63,480 nt of DNA, filler included, from Olpidium bornovanus S191 (GCA_017911155.1; 26 parts of 26 records of this genome joined end to end with filler, not necessarily neighbours in it), one strand, 5' to 3'. Counted from the first letter of the whole stretch, positions 1-10,960 are shown. The notes: generated by a model not told the origin, from the sequence alone. Made by a program: numbers and translations.

Positions 1-51
1 AAAAAAAAAGGAGGGCAAAAGGACGCACGGCCTTCAAAACCCCGAAAACCG

Positions 52-86
<35 letters not shown>

Positions 87-476
87 AAAAGTCAAAAAAA
101 AAAAATCATACCGTTTTCGGTGTTCTTTTTTATCTTTCAAACCGAGACAGAACTTCCGCGTTTATTTTATTTTTGGGGCCGGGGGGGCGTCCGTTGGGGG
201 AAGGGAGGAGGGGGGGGGCCGAAAAAAGGGGGGAGGGGCAAGAAAGAGAAAAAAAAGGTCGCACAAAGATTTTTTTTTTGGCGGAAAGGGTTCGTGCGTT
301 TCCTGTTCCTGGACTTTGCGCGAAACACGCACGCGCGCACACGCAAGCGAACGCCACCCCCGCACGCCACACCACCCCACCCCGGAACCTCCTGCCTTTT
401 CTTTTTTTTTTTTTTTTTTTTTTTTCGGTTTTCGGGGTTTTGAAGGCCGTGCGTCCTTTTGCCCTCCTTTTTTTTT
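1..476. repeat. Inverted repeat: 1-75 is the reverse complement of 402-476
   Basis: AAAAAAAAAGGAGGGCAAAAGGACGCACGGCCTTCAAAACCCCGAAAACCG+polyA at 1-75 matches polyT+CGGTTTTCGGGGTTTTGAAGGCCGTGCGTCCTTTTGCCCTCCTTTTTTTTT at 402-476. The match ends in the A/T homopolymer. Confidence 0.95.
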
Positions 477-485
477 TGGTTGCCT

Positions 486-3083
486 TCATCCGCCGGCGGC
501 TGCCGCCTGGGCGGCGAGCGCGGCCACGTTCCGCTCGTGGCGGCTGATGCACTCGCAGCAGAGGGTGCGGAACCAGTCTCGGAGGCAACCGCTGGTCGGG
601 TTGTTCTGCAGCAGCGTGGCCGCCACCGTCTCGACGTACCCGATCATGAGACGGTTGACGACCTGGCCGACCAGGAGCTCCGCGTCGGCGTGCGAGCTGA
701 CCGGGTCGACGGCCGCCCACGCGGCGCCGGCGCCGGGGCGGGGCAGGAGGAGGATCTCCGGCGGCGCCGGCCTCAGGGAGTTTGGTACCGGCGGGTGCGG
801 CGGCCGCGCCAGCCGGCACAGCTGCGCGACGTGCAGCGGGAACGCCGAGCGCAGCGCCCTCTCCCCGCCCTGCGCCGACATGCGGAATGGCGGGCCCCGC
901 GCCTGGACGTCCACGTCCAGCCGGTCGGTCGCCAGCGTGACTGTCGCCGAGAGGTACAGGTTCACCTTCATGAGGGTGAGCTTCATATCCATCGGCTCCG
1001 CAAGGTAGCCGACGACGACGTCCCAGAGATGCGCGACCACCTCCTTGTCGACCCCCATGTCGGCGGCCTCTTCCGCGCTGCTGGGGGCCGCGGCGGGCGC
1101 TCCCGTCTTTGAGTACTTCCAGATCCCCTTGAACACCGTCGGGTCTTTCGTAAGCTCCTCCCACGCCAGCTGCCCGACCCGGCTGCGGAACCCCGTGAAG
1201 TTCCGGCTCATCAGCTCCTCCAGCCAGGCGCAGAAGGTTTCGCCGAAGATGGCCGTGAAAAGCGGGGCGTGCGCCGCCGCCGCCCTCGCGAAAGACGACG
1301 CGAAAGCCTCCATGCAGTGCGACGGCGGCATCGACGCCGCCACCAGGTTCCACAACGCGTCGATCTCCGCCCCTATCCGGTCTGGCGCGGCCGGAACGCT
1401 CAGCGCGATCGGGTAGTCCAGAAAGCTCGTGGCCGCGTGGGCGGGCTCCTCGAACGCCGGGAGCGCCGCCGCCGCCTGCGCCTGCGCCTGCGTCGACATT
1501 TGCGGGGCCGGTCCAACGACTGCGGGCTGAGACTCCCACGTCGGGACGCACGGCACCGCCTGCGTGGGCGGAGGCAGGGTCGGTTGGGCGTGCGTCCACG
1601 CGGCTGTCTGCATGGCGTCCGGCATCGCGTATTGCGCGGGCGTCTGCGACACGGACCTGGCGAGTCCCGCAACCGGGATTCCCTGCGTCGACGCGGGGCC
1701 CCACTCCGGCAGGACGGCCTTGCCGAAGTTCCACGGGGACGCCGACTCCCGCCCTTGCATGACGGTCGGGCCAGACATGCGCGGCGTCGCCACGTGAGAG
1801 TTGAAGGCCCAGTTCTGAGCCGACAACTGCGGTAACTCCTGGATCGACGTGCGAGCCGCCGTTTGATTGGGAACCGACGGCATCACTTGCATAGACATCG
1901 GCACCGTCTGCGCGGACGGTTGCAGTAACTCCAGCATCGACGTGCGAGCCGCCGCGTGGTTGGGAACCGACGGCATTGCTTGCATAGGCATCGGCACCGG
2001 CTGCACTGATGGCTGCGGCGACTCCTGCATCGACGTGCGCGTCGCCGCGTGGTTGGTAACCGGCGGTATCGCTTGCATGGGCATCGGCGCCGTCAGCGAA
2101 GACGGCGGCGGAATGGTCGGTTTGATCGCTGACATAGCCGGCCTGGCCGCCGGGAGAGACGCCGGCATTAACATGTGCGGAACGGCATCCCAACGCGGCG
2201 GCTGCTGCGACGGCGCGCGCGGAGTCGAGCGCCTGGGCAGCTGCCCGGAAATCTGCGGGACCGGAACTGCCGGCCCTGGCGCCGGCAGCGCCGCCTCCCT
2301 GGGCGTCAGCGGAATGTCATGTCTGCCGGCGCTCTGATTCAACGTCCTCGGAGCCCCAGGCATCGCGGGCGCGGGCATCGATTGCACCGCGAGCGCGCCC
2401 GGAAGCTGGGCGCCTTGAGCGGGCGGCGCGGGGAACCCCGGCGCGGGACCAAGCGCCGCGAGCTGCTGCTGCAGGTGAGAGCACGGCGCGTCCGACAGAG
2501 CGGAAGAGGCCGGCATGGGGTTTGGCGGCGGCTCCAGGGTCGGGTATTCCACGAGGCTGGCCGGAATGCCGTGCGGACCAAACATGCTCGGAAACCCCCC
2601 GGCGGCCAGCCCTTGAGGCGTCTGCCGGGCGATTTGCGATAGTGCGGGGTAGTTCGGCGGACGCGCCGCGGCGGGCGTTGAGCCGGCGGCCGACGTCGCG
2701 GCCTGCCGCTTCGTGGCGCCCGTCTTTTTCTTCGGCGCACGTCGTCCCTCCGCGGTGCCGGGTCCGTACGTGCCGCCGTTCTCCTGTCGGGCCGCCTCGC
2801 CGGCGGCCTTGCGTCGCTTAGGCGCACGCGCGGGAGCCGGCGGAACCGTTGCCGAGACCGCTGAGGCGTCGGGGGCGGCAGGGGTCTTGGAGGCATCCGG
2901 GGCGGCCCGCTTCTTCGAACGCGAAGACGATTTCGGAGCCGTCTTGGGCACGGGAGCCGTCGCCGACTGGCACGACTCGCCGCCGGACGGAGAAGACCCA
3001 GGAACGGGCGGATCGGGAACCGGCGCCGAGGACGACTCGCTCGACGCGGATGACTCGGGCTGAGAGGCCGGTCGGGATGACAT
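486..3083 (-). CDS. Large intronless hypothetical protein: Ser/Pro-rich N-terminus with basic NLS-like patches, Pro/Gln-rich middle with tandem repeats, predicted globular C-terminal domain
   Basis: The 968-codon ORF 486-3392 is open throughout; the first ATG (MSSRPASQ) is at 3083. Basic patches are SKKR, PKRRK and PKKK. The C-terminal ~250 aa have normal hydrophobic patterning (AEIDALWNLVAASM...LWDVVVGYLAEPM). No family recognised. Confidence 0.6.
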   Translation of the reverse strand: MSSRPASQPESSASSESSSAPVPDPPVPGSSPSGGESCQSATAPVPKTAPKSSSRSKKRAAPDASKTPAAPDASAVSATVPPAPARAPKRRKAAGEAARQENGGTYGPGTAEGRRAPKKKTGATKRQAATSAAGSTPAAARPPNYPALSQIARQTPQGLAAGGFPSMFGPHGIPASLVEYPTLEPPPNPMPASSALSDAPCSHLQQQLAALGPAPGFPAPPAQGAQLPGALAVQSMPAPAMPGAPRTLNQSAGRHDIPLTPREAALPAPGPAVPVPQISGQLPRRSTPRAPSQQPPRWDAVPHMLMPASLPAARPAMSAIKPTIPPPSSLTAPMPMQAIPPVTNHAATRTSMQESPQPSVQPVPMPMQAMPSVPNHAAARTSMLELLQPSAQTVPMSMQVMPSVPNQTAARTSIQELPQLSAQNWAFNSHVATPRMSGPTVMQGRESASPWNFGKAVLPEWGPASTQGIPVAGLARSVSQTPAQYAMPDAMQTAAWTHAQPTLPPPTQAVPCVPTWESQPAVVGPAPQMSTQAQAQAAAALPAFEEPAHAATSFLDYPIALSVPAAPDRIGAEIDALWNLVAASMPPSHCMEAFASSFARAAAAHAPLFTAIFGETFCAWLEELMSRNFTGFRSRVGQLAWEELTKDPTVFKGIWKYSKTGAPAAAPSSAEEAADMGVDKEVVAHLWDVVVGYLAEPMDMKLTLMKVNLYLSATVTLATDRLDVDVQARGPPFRMSAQGGERALRSAFPLHVAQLCRLARPPHPPVPNSLRPAPPEILLLPRPGAGAAWAAVDPVSSHADAELLVGQVVNRLMIGYVETVAATLLQNNPTSGCLRDWFRTLCCECISRHERNVAALAAQAAAAGG
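1806..2085 (-). repeat. 93-bp (31-aa) in-frame tandem repeat, 3 copies
   Basis: The anchor (C/G)ATCGACGTGCG occurs at 1842, 1935 and 2028 (spacing 93). Peptide units: MPMQAIPPVTNHAATRTSMQESPQPSVQPVP / MPMQAMPSVPNHAAARTSMLELLQPSAQTVP / MSMQVMPSVPNQTAARTSIQELPQLSAQNWA. Confidence 0.9.
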
Positions 3084-3649
3084 ATTCTCCGTCGGTGAGT
3101 TATTCTCCACTGAGTGGGCGCCGCCGCCGTTTTGGCCGGAGCTCTGATCGGGCGGCTTGCCGGCTTCTAGTACGGAGCTCAAGGTTGCGCGCTTTTTCCG
3201 GCCCGGCGGAATTTTTGCGTCGGTCTTCCGGGAGGATTGTGTGCTGTCAACCTCAGGTTTCTTTGGCGGTTCCCTGCGAACGACGCGCAGTATAGATCTG
3301 ATCGGTTCCACGGTGTCATATTTAAAAGGGACTATTCCAGGGGAGGGCCCGCGAAAGGAGAAGAGGGAAGAAAAATAAACAAAAAGAGACAAGAAAAGTA
3401 CGACTCAATACCGTTAGGCATGAAACGCCGGCGTCCGCGCGCGCAAACGAGAACACCGCGGGCAAAACAAACAAAAAAAAAAATCCGAATGTGCGGCTTA
3501 CGCGGCTCCCAATCGTTATCCGTCATTTCATGGTTCTGCTTTGCTTTCCTGGCCGCCACCTCGGGCTTCGGCATCAACCAATCCAGCCACACGTACACCT
3601 CATCGTCGTCCGCGTTCGCCGCGCCCTGACTTTTGCCGGTTTCCGAATT

Positions 3650-3749
3650 NNNNNNNNNNNNNNNNNNNNNNNNNNNNNNNNNNNNNNNNNNNNTTAATTA
3701 ATTAANNNNNNNNNNNNNNNNNNNNNNNNNNNNNNNNNNNNNNNNNNNN
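3650..3749. other. Artificial contig-joining spacer (44 N + TTAATTAATTAA + 44 N); first of 25 identical copies
   Basis: The same 100-nt spacer starts at 3650, 6488, 8719, 10291, 13894, 16921, 18193, 19373, 21937, 25792, 29806, 35443, 36757, 41277, 42809, 44591, 45935, 47329, 48631, 51429, 52568, 53735, 57984, 59855 and 62361. TTAATTAATTAA puts a stop in all six frames. Confidence 0.99.
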
Positions 3750-3968
3750 CATGAAAAACGCTGCTTTTCCGTCGGGGCGAAAAATAAACCACGTTTAAAA
3801 GGCCTCTTCAAACGCGAAGAAAAAACTCGATGTTGAGCCGGTTAAGTATGATGCGGCGGAAGACCAAACATCGGAAGTTACGCGCTTCTGTTTCCGGATG
3901 AAAACTTTCGACGCGGCCCCGAAGACACCCTCCACCCCCCCCCCCCCCAAAAAAAAGCGGATTCTAGG

Positions 3969-5866
3969 CTACTCTACAAATATAGCCTCGGCGGCAAACT
4001 TTTGATAGCCTTTGTCAAACTGGTGCAGCCGGATAAACCCGTCCTCCGCGCCGCTCGCGTACCTGGCACGTCAGATGCAAGTAAAATGGAAAAGGGCGGA
4101 TAAGGACGGTTGAGGGGGCCCAGGCCAGACCGCAGACAACAAGCCCCGCGCACGCCGGGACTTTGCACGCGTCATGTGTGTCGCTAGAACACACCGCCGG
4201 ACAAAAAAAAAATGTCCTCCTCCTCTTACCCTGTCCCGGCCGGATGGATCGCGATGGTGTTGATGGGACCAAAGTGGCCCTTCACCCGGCCGATCTCCTC
4301 TTCGAAAATCTTATTGTAGAACCGGCACTCGAACTTGCCGGCGCGCTGGCTCGTTCGCGCCGCCTCCATTGCTTCCTGACCGCCTCCCAGGACGACCTTG
4401 CGAAAAAATACCCACGAGTATGAGTGAAACGCTTACATCAAAACATTTCGCCTCTCCCGCGGTACAAATTTCAAATCACAACGAAAGCTGACTGCCGCCC
4501 CGAAAGTGGTGTCCGCCACCTAGAATTCGTCGAACAGGCCCCAGGAAACAGGCCCCAGCGAGCCCGTTGAGAACTCACCAGCTCCGCCGGCGAGGGGGTC
4601 AGCGCTGCGCTGTTCAGCGGGGTCTTGTCCGCAGGTTTGTACGTCTTCAGCAGATGCAAGGTTTTGGCCTCGTAGATATGCGCGCTCGAGTCCTTGCTGG
4701 CAGTGATGAAGTAGCTGTGGTCCTTGGCAAACTGTATGTCGGTTATGAGGGCGCTATGGTGCTTCACGGTGTTAAGGAGGTCGCCGCTCTGCAAAAATTA
4801 GGGGGAGGAAGTGAATGAAGGCGAAAATCCCTTTGGCAGCGCAGAATACGCGCACGTTTCAGAGCAGAAAAAGACTTCGTCGCGTCTCCGACTCCAACAC
4901 ACACCCGCCAATCCCACTGAGTGATCGTCCCGTCTTCGTGCCCTGCGATGACGAACTGGTCAAAGGGACCCCAGCCACCAACAAGCGCCTTCGATTCCTT
5001 GGGCTGCATCATGGACACCGGCTCGGGATTTTCTGGAAAACCCAGCGGAAACCTTAGGCGACCCAATTGATCGAGATTTTTTCTCCGCTCGGGCGACCCG
5101 GGATTTCGGAAGCGACGCCCCGAACCCAAGAGACTCACGCTCCCCTCCCAAGGGCTTGATTTCCAGAATTGTTATGGAGCCCGGGTATCCCATTCGCCGC
5201 TCGCAGGTCAGGAAGGCGTGCCGGCCGTCTGTTGAGAAAGCGACCCATTTCACGGCAGTGGGGAACTGCCAGGTGTGCACGAGCCGGCCGGTCTGAACCT
5301 CCCAGAGTCGCGCGGTGTTGTCAGCCGCGCCCGTAATAAGGACAGTCGAGTCGGCTGCAACCAGCAGGCAAAATCAAAGCAGAGGCGCGGAGCGGACGCG
5401 GCGGAAGGGGCCCAGTCGAATCAGTTTGACGTGCACGCTTTACAGGCCCCGGAACCCAACGTTCTCGCGTGGACCGGCAGACGAAGAAAGAACGTCTCAA
5501 GCGTCGGCGTCCGCCCGCAACAGTCTCGCCCTCTTCCCGACTGGACGGGAGGCCAAAGTTCCGCCGTCGACGCGCGTTTGCACCCCACCGCGTTCTTGCC
5601 AGGGACCACGCTCCTTCGCAAGCGACGGACGCTTTTCCACGTAAGCTCCGTTTCGCGGCAAACAGCAAGAACTTCCGTCACGTACGGCTGCAGTCCACGC
5701 TCCAGATTGCACCCTGGTGGCCCTCGTAGGTGCCGAGCCGCTCCCCGTTGTGCCAGTACCAAACGCAAAGCACGTTGTCTTTGCTGGCGCTGAAGAGCAG
5801 GTCGCCGTCACGGTTGAACTTGATTTGGGTGAGCGAACGCTCGTGCCCCGCGAGCAGTATCGGGTG
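3969..5866 (-). CDS. TIF34: Eukaryotic translation initiation factor 3 subunit I (WD40), multi-exon; first codon not located
   Basis: Exons translate [30 protein letters not shown]...[65 protein letters not shown]...[30 protein letters not shown] and [19 protein letters not shown] at 3969-3971; GT-AG introns. Confidence 0.96.
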
Positions 5867-6403
5867 CTAGAAGAAAATAAAAAAAGGCGAAGACGCGCGG
5901 GTTCAGCAGCAAGCCCCTGTCGCCTTTCAGGGTGTTACAAGCAGTCGCGGTGGCGATCGACGCTTGCGTCCGCCGGGTGGCTTGAACGACAGGGTGTCCC
6001 GCAACTCTCCCGCCGCAAGCGGAACCAGTTCCACCAGCGGGCGAACCTCCGACGCAAACGCCGCCGGTGCAATGTTCCCGGAACAACTTCCCCGCCGGCG
6101 ACCGCCGGCCTCACGCCCGGGGCATCGCAGGGACCGAAAGTCGCGACTTTGGCCCTTGCGAGGGAACCGTCGTATCAACGGCTGCAAAAACTCTGCCGGA
6201 TAAGCCTGGGATGGCGCTCAAATGCCGCTCTGCCGGGAGGCGGCGTGCGTTCCGTCCGGTCTGGCGGAGTCACTGCGGTTCCCCCTCTCTCTACACCACG
6301 CGGAGCCGGCACTCCCGCCTCGGGGGCGAGGAGGCAGTTGACTCGCTCGTTTCTCAGGCGGCGATTCTTCCACGCACACGCACGCACGCACACGCTGCCT
6401 CTG

Positions 6404-6478
<75 letters not shown>
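6404..6478 (+). repeat. (CT)n microsatellite near contig end
   Basis: Near-perfect CT dinucleotide run just before the spacer. Confidence 0.95.
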
Positions 6479-6481
<3 letters not shown>

Positions 6482-6587
6482 AGATCGNNNNNNNNNNNNN
6501 NNNNNNNNNNNNNNNNNNNNNNNNNNNNNNNTTAATTAATTAANNNNNNNNNNNNNNNNNNNNNNNNNNNNNNNNNNNNNNNNNNNN

Positions 6588-8090
6588 AAAGGGGCGAAGT
6601 CGACCGCACGGGTGGCGTGCAAGGCCATTGTCGCCGAACGGCAGCGGCAGCTCGACGACTGCAAGGCAGAGCTGCTGAAGTGCATCTCGGAGGCCCGTCT
6701 GCTCCATGCCACCATCTTAAAGAACGGCGGTTACGGAGATCCCAATGCGGACAGGTTTTCCACGTGGAAAGCAAATGCCCAGAGTGCGGAGGTCGGAGAC
6801 GCGGGCGCGAGGGCCGAGATCGCCCTCCTGCTTGCGGCCGCTGGCTGTATACCTAAGGCCACATGCAAACCCCCTGTGGAGTTGTTGTCGTATTCACTCT
6901 CTCCACTTCAGCCTCCTATGGCGTCTGGCAACAGGAGTTTGGAAGGCAAGGCCAGGTGCGAAGTAGTCATCGAGCGGAAGCGGCCCTGCGCAGAAAACTC
7001 GAGTATATTAAACGCCCAAACGGCGAAGAGTTCCGAGGGTGAGGGCGCATCCTTTACGGCCGGCAACACTGACCGGACAAAGCCGATCCTTCCGACTTCT
7101 AAATTCGGAGCCGACACTCCAAAGGCGAAGTCTTCCCCGAGCGCCGAGAAAAGCAAAAAAACGAAGTTGGACGACGACGGTTTCGCGGCGGGGAAGATCC
7201 CGAAAGGGCAGACGATCGAGGATGTCATATGGGACCTGCGCGAGCGGACCCATGTTCTCCGAAAACTCGAGAAAGAGCTTGTCGGGCGCGTCCGCTCCTT
7301 GCGGTACTTCACAATGGTTCGCGACCTTCAGCAGACCAGGGTGGATTTCGGCGGTTTAAAAGAGGTTGAACTTGCCTGCCCCGGCAAGTTCTGTAGAAAG
7401 AAGAGACAGGCTGGCCAGGAAGCTCGGAGGCGCATCCCTGCAGATGACGTAGCCATTCTCTCCTCCTGCGGCCACATGGGCTGCCGCGAGTGCGTGAATT
7501 TCCACGCGTGCAAACAGGAGTGCGTGGAACACGAGGAGAGCGGGTGCCGCGCCCCCGCCCGGGAGACGAACGTCGTGCTCGCCGTCTCGCTCGGCGTGGA
7601 CGCCGACACCGACAAGATCCGCCAGTTCGGCGCCAAGCTGTCTGCAGTCGTGGACCTCATCCAGTCGGTACCCCCCGACGAGCGCATCCTGATATTCGTC
7701 CAGTTCCCCGACCTGATGCAGAAGGTGGCGGAGGCGCTCGACGACGCGAACGTCCGATACCTGCAGATAAAGGGCACGGCGCACGCCAAGAGCACGGCGC
7801 TGCAGAAGTTCCAGCGGGAGGACCTGCCGCCCGGCGGCGAGCGCGTGCTCCTCCTGAACGTGATGGACGAAAGCGCCAGCGGCGCCAACCTCACCGTCGC
7901 GAACCACGCGATCTTCATCAGCCCCCTGCTGGCGCCGACGCAGGAGATTTACAACGCCTGCGAGACGCAGGCCGTAGGACGCGTTCGGCGCTACGGGCAG
8001 CGGAAAACGGTGCACATTTACCGGCTGTTGACGGAGAACACGATGGACACGCAGATCTACAACCAAAGGGTGCAAGTTAAAGAGAATTAA
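6588..8090 (+). CDS. DNMT5: C-terminal part of a SNF2-family ATPase with RING-like insert and helicase-C domain; most similar to fungal DNMT5 (often annotated Rad8-like)
   Basis: ORF open from the contig edge to TAA at 8090. Motifs: LRERTHVLRKLEKELVGRVRSLRYFTMVRDLQ, AILSSCGHMGCRECV...ECV...GC, ERILIFVQFPDL, RVLLLNVMDESASGANLTVANHAIFISPLL and ETQAVGRVRRYGQRKTVHIYRLLTENTMD. SNF2 helicase-C is secure; the DNMT5 identity is from recalled similarity, and the methyltransferase domain is not in the contig. Confidence 0.7.
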   Translation, partial: KGAKSTARVACKAIVAERQRQLDDCKAELLKCISEARLLHATILKNGGYGDPNADRFSTWKANAQSAEVGDAGARAEIALLLAAAGCIPKATCKPPVELLSYSLSPLQPPMASGNRSLEGKARCEVVIERKRPCAENSSILNAQTAKSSEGEGASFTAGNTDRTKPILPTSKFGADTPKAKSSPSAEKSKKTKLDDDGFAAGKIPKGQTIEDVIWDLRERTHVLRKLEKELVGRVRSLRYFTMVRDLQQTRVDFGGLKEVELACPGKFCRKKRQAGQEARRRIPADDVAILSSCGHMGCRECVNFHACKQECVEHEESGCRAPARETNVVLAVSLGVDADTDKIRQFGAKLSAVVDLIQSVPPDERILIFVQFPDLMQKVAEALDDANVRYLQIKGTAHAKSTALQKFQREDLPPGGERVLLLNVMDESASGANLTVANHAIFISPLLAPTQEIYNACETQAVGRVRRYGQRKTVHIYRLLTENTMDTQIYNQRVQVKEN

Positions 8091-8818
8091 AAAAAAAAAG
8101 AGAAAGCCTCTGTTCCCCCAAACCAAAATGTTTCTTGCACCGTTTTTTCTTAAGTCAATCCCACGTTTTTATAGATTTCCGCACGCTTTTCCAGCCACAT
8201 ATTTTTTTTTGTTTATTTCGGACCGATGAGGAAAATATGTTTCCAGGAAGACGCCCAGCTAGTAATCCCCGGCGGCCGTTCGAACTGCTGCCGGACGCGC
8301 TAAACCCTGAGGAAACCTTTATGGGATGATGCCACTCATTCGCGCTAAGTTGCTAAGGTCCGACTCGATTCGGGTCTTGCTCCTAATAACTCCTTCCGCA
8401 AATGTCCACCTCCCACCCACTTCCACATGGGCACACACACGCACGCACACACGCACACAAACACACCTGTGGGGAAACAGCCCATTGACCATCTCCTTGT
8501 TGCCGCGCTGAACATTCTGCAGCAGGGCAGGCCCTTTTCACTTGCCCGGGCTCTCCTTTCTTCCAAAAAAATACGGAGGAACCCCCCAAGGTTTCCACCG
8601 CCACAAACCGCAGGTGATAAATGCGCGTACCTCTGACGTTGCATTCGGCCGGGTGTCAGTCGGGCTCACATCATCATCTGCCCAAAAGTGGGAGTGACAC
8701 AGCGGACGATAATTTTGANNNNNNNNNNNNNNNNNNNNNNNNNNNNNNNNNNNNNNNNNNNNTTAATTAATTAANNNNNNNNNNNNNNNNNNNNNNNNNN
8801 NNNNNNNNNNNNNNNNNN

Positions 8819-10290
8819 CATGTACTCCTTGAACCACTGGAACAGGGATTGGTTGTTCCCAATGAAACACTCGACGCGCTCCACCAGGAGTCGGTGGTCA
8901 AAGATTCCTTGCGAAAAGAGGTTAAATATCTTGAGAAACTCGTTGTAGCTGGCCTTGTTACCAATGTGCTTTTTCACTTTTTCAAACCAGGAGATCTCCT
9001 CCTGCCACGTGCAAGAAGGTTGCACGGACCCCGTCGGCTGTATCGCGATGCCGTTGGCGGGCGCAGGCGCGTTCGGCACGGGAACTGCCTGCGGAGGCGC
9101 AGTGAGCGTGGCCGACAACGAGGCAACTGGAGATTCGCCCCGAGGTGTCAGGGAGTCAACGGGCAGCACGGATTCGGTCTTGTGCTTGCTTTTCTTCGAC
9201 TGTAGAGAAAAAAATGGGCTAGCCGCGTCATCATCTTCGTTCCCACAGTCAAGTCCGCCGTCTTTGGAACGTCGGTCTCACCTTGGTTGAACTCAGGCCC
9301 TTCTCCGCCGCTCTTACACTCCCTTTCCTGTTTTTGCCTGCGGATGCCACTCGCTCCGGCGTGGCTAGAGAAGGTTGCTTCTGATCTGCATCACCAACAT
9401 TTGAGAAAGGGCCGCCAGTTGCTGGGAACTTCCCAAACACCGGCATCCTTGAAGTGCCACTTGCGAGCCCGTTCGCTGGCGAAGAAGACGTAACAACAGA
9501 CACTCAATACAAGGCGTGCGGCAGCGGTCTTTATCGGACGAAGTGAAAGCACGCGGCACGCACCCAAATCTTCAAGCATGCCGCCGCCGGACCGAGCGTG
9601 ACTCGGGTGGTCCGGAAGAAATTGCTTGAACTCATTCAGCAGATCGGGAGCACTTCTGAACAGCACTGTGACCTGAGCATATACTTCCTGGATCGGCAGC
9701 ACTTCTCTCTGGTACATCTGCAAAATTTCCAAAAACTGCTTGTAGATGTCTGGTTCACTGGCAAATCGATTCTGTCCGCCGGAACAGCCGAGTCAGCTCT
9801 GGATACAGGCCGTACAAGCTTTTATTTTTGTCGCACCCTGGCGCGAGCGCCGCGGACAAGTCAGTGCCGTGCGGAGGAACCGCACCTTAATCTTATTGAC
9901 ATAGTCGATCGCGTGGTTGAACTCAACCGGCTGGCCATGGCCCCTCAGCTTCTCCGACTCCGCTGTCGGGTGAGGAGTCGGGCCTACATGGGAGGCTTGC
10001 GATGCGGGCGAGAAGCTACCAGACAGCGTCGGCCCACGGCCGGTTCCGGTGGCAAGGAAACCCTTTGGGGGCGGCCCGCCTAGAGCGGTGATCACCCGGT
10101 CGTTCGAGAGGACGGCCACCGGGGCACCGTCGATCCTTGCCGGACGCGATTCCTCCGGCTGCGACGGTACATGCGCCAAACCGCCTATCGACGCAGGCGC
10201 GTGCATTAGCCCCGGTATGGGGGGTGGCAGAATCGTCTGGTAGCCCGGGTGGGAAGAAGGATGAACCGCGGCGGCTTCGCCAGCAGCGGA
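8819..10290 (-). CDS. SIN3: Sin3 histone-deacetylase corepressor, internal fragment (PAH2 and PAH3)
   Basis: PAH2: [16 protein letters not shown]|[56 protein letters not shown]3: [31 protein letters not shown]...[23 protein letters not shown]. Confidence 0.96.
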
Positions 10291-10390
10291 NNNNNNNNNN
10301 NNNNNNNNNNNNNNNNNNNNNNNNNNNNNNNNNNTTAATTAATTAANNNNNNNNNNNNNNNNNNNNNNNNNNNNNNNNNNNNNNNNNNNN

Positions 10391-10960
10391 AGGGTCCCGT
10401 GCGCGGTGTTGGCGGCCCTGCCCCTGGAATGATGATGCCGCAACGGCCTGGAATGCCCGTTGCCGCCGCCGGCCCGGTCGCGTACGGTCGCCCTCCGATG
10501 CCGGGGCAGCCACCAATGCCCGGTCAGATGCCGCCGAGGCCGCTAATGGGTGCCCCACCTGGCTTCCGCCCCCTGATGGGCGTGCCACCCCCGCCAATGG
10601 GAGCATACCCGCCAGTGGCCGGCGGGCCGCCCGGTCGCGGCATGCCCATCGCCGCCCACTTGCAGCAGCGACCGCCCATGCCTGGCGCCGTAAGCTTGGT
10701 TCCTTTGCTTTGTCTTTGCGTTTGGCGATTTTGTTCCGGGACGGAACGGCAGTCGCGAACTTGTCCAAAAGTCATTTATAAGCCTGATGCAACGCGTCGC
10801 CTCCCCGTTTCTCTTCCTTGCCTTTTTGCCGAACGTTCGATGCGAAAAGATTCCGCCGCCTGGATTCCAAGGACCTCCTCCCGGCATGGTGGGACGCGGC
10901 ATGCCTCCTCCGCTCCCCGGCTTCCCTGGCCGCGGCGGCCCGCCGCCGAGACCGCAATGA
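10391..10960 (+). CDS. SMB1: Small nuclear ribonucleoprotein SmB/B', Pro/Gly-rich C-terminal tail (last two exons)
   Basis: The contig opens with GPVRGVGGPAPGMMMPQ, the conserved SmB GPVRGVGGP motif. A GT-AG intron runs about 10690-10849; the last exon IPPPGFQGPPPGMVGRGMPPP...RPQ ends at TGA 10958-10960. Confidence 0.85.

Noticed and set aside
130-2193. 687-aa overlapping ORF and many other long alternative-frame or antisense ORFs across the window
   Set aside because: Expected shadows of GC-rich coding DNA with few stop codons; Arg/Gly/Ala-biased with no motifs.
6588-10290. Apparent chromatin cluster (DNMT5-like next to SIN3, with RSC9 further on)
   Set aside because: The genes are on different contigs joined by artificial spacers, so proximity is not evidence.
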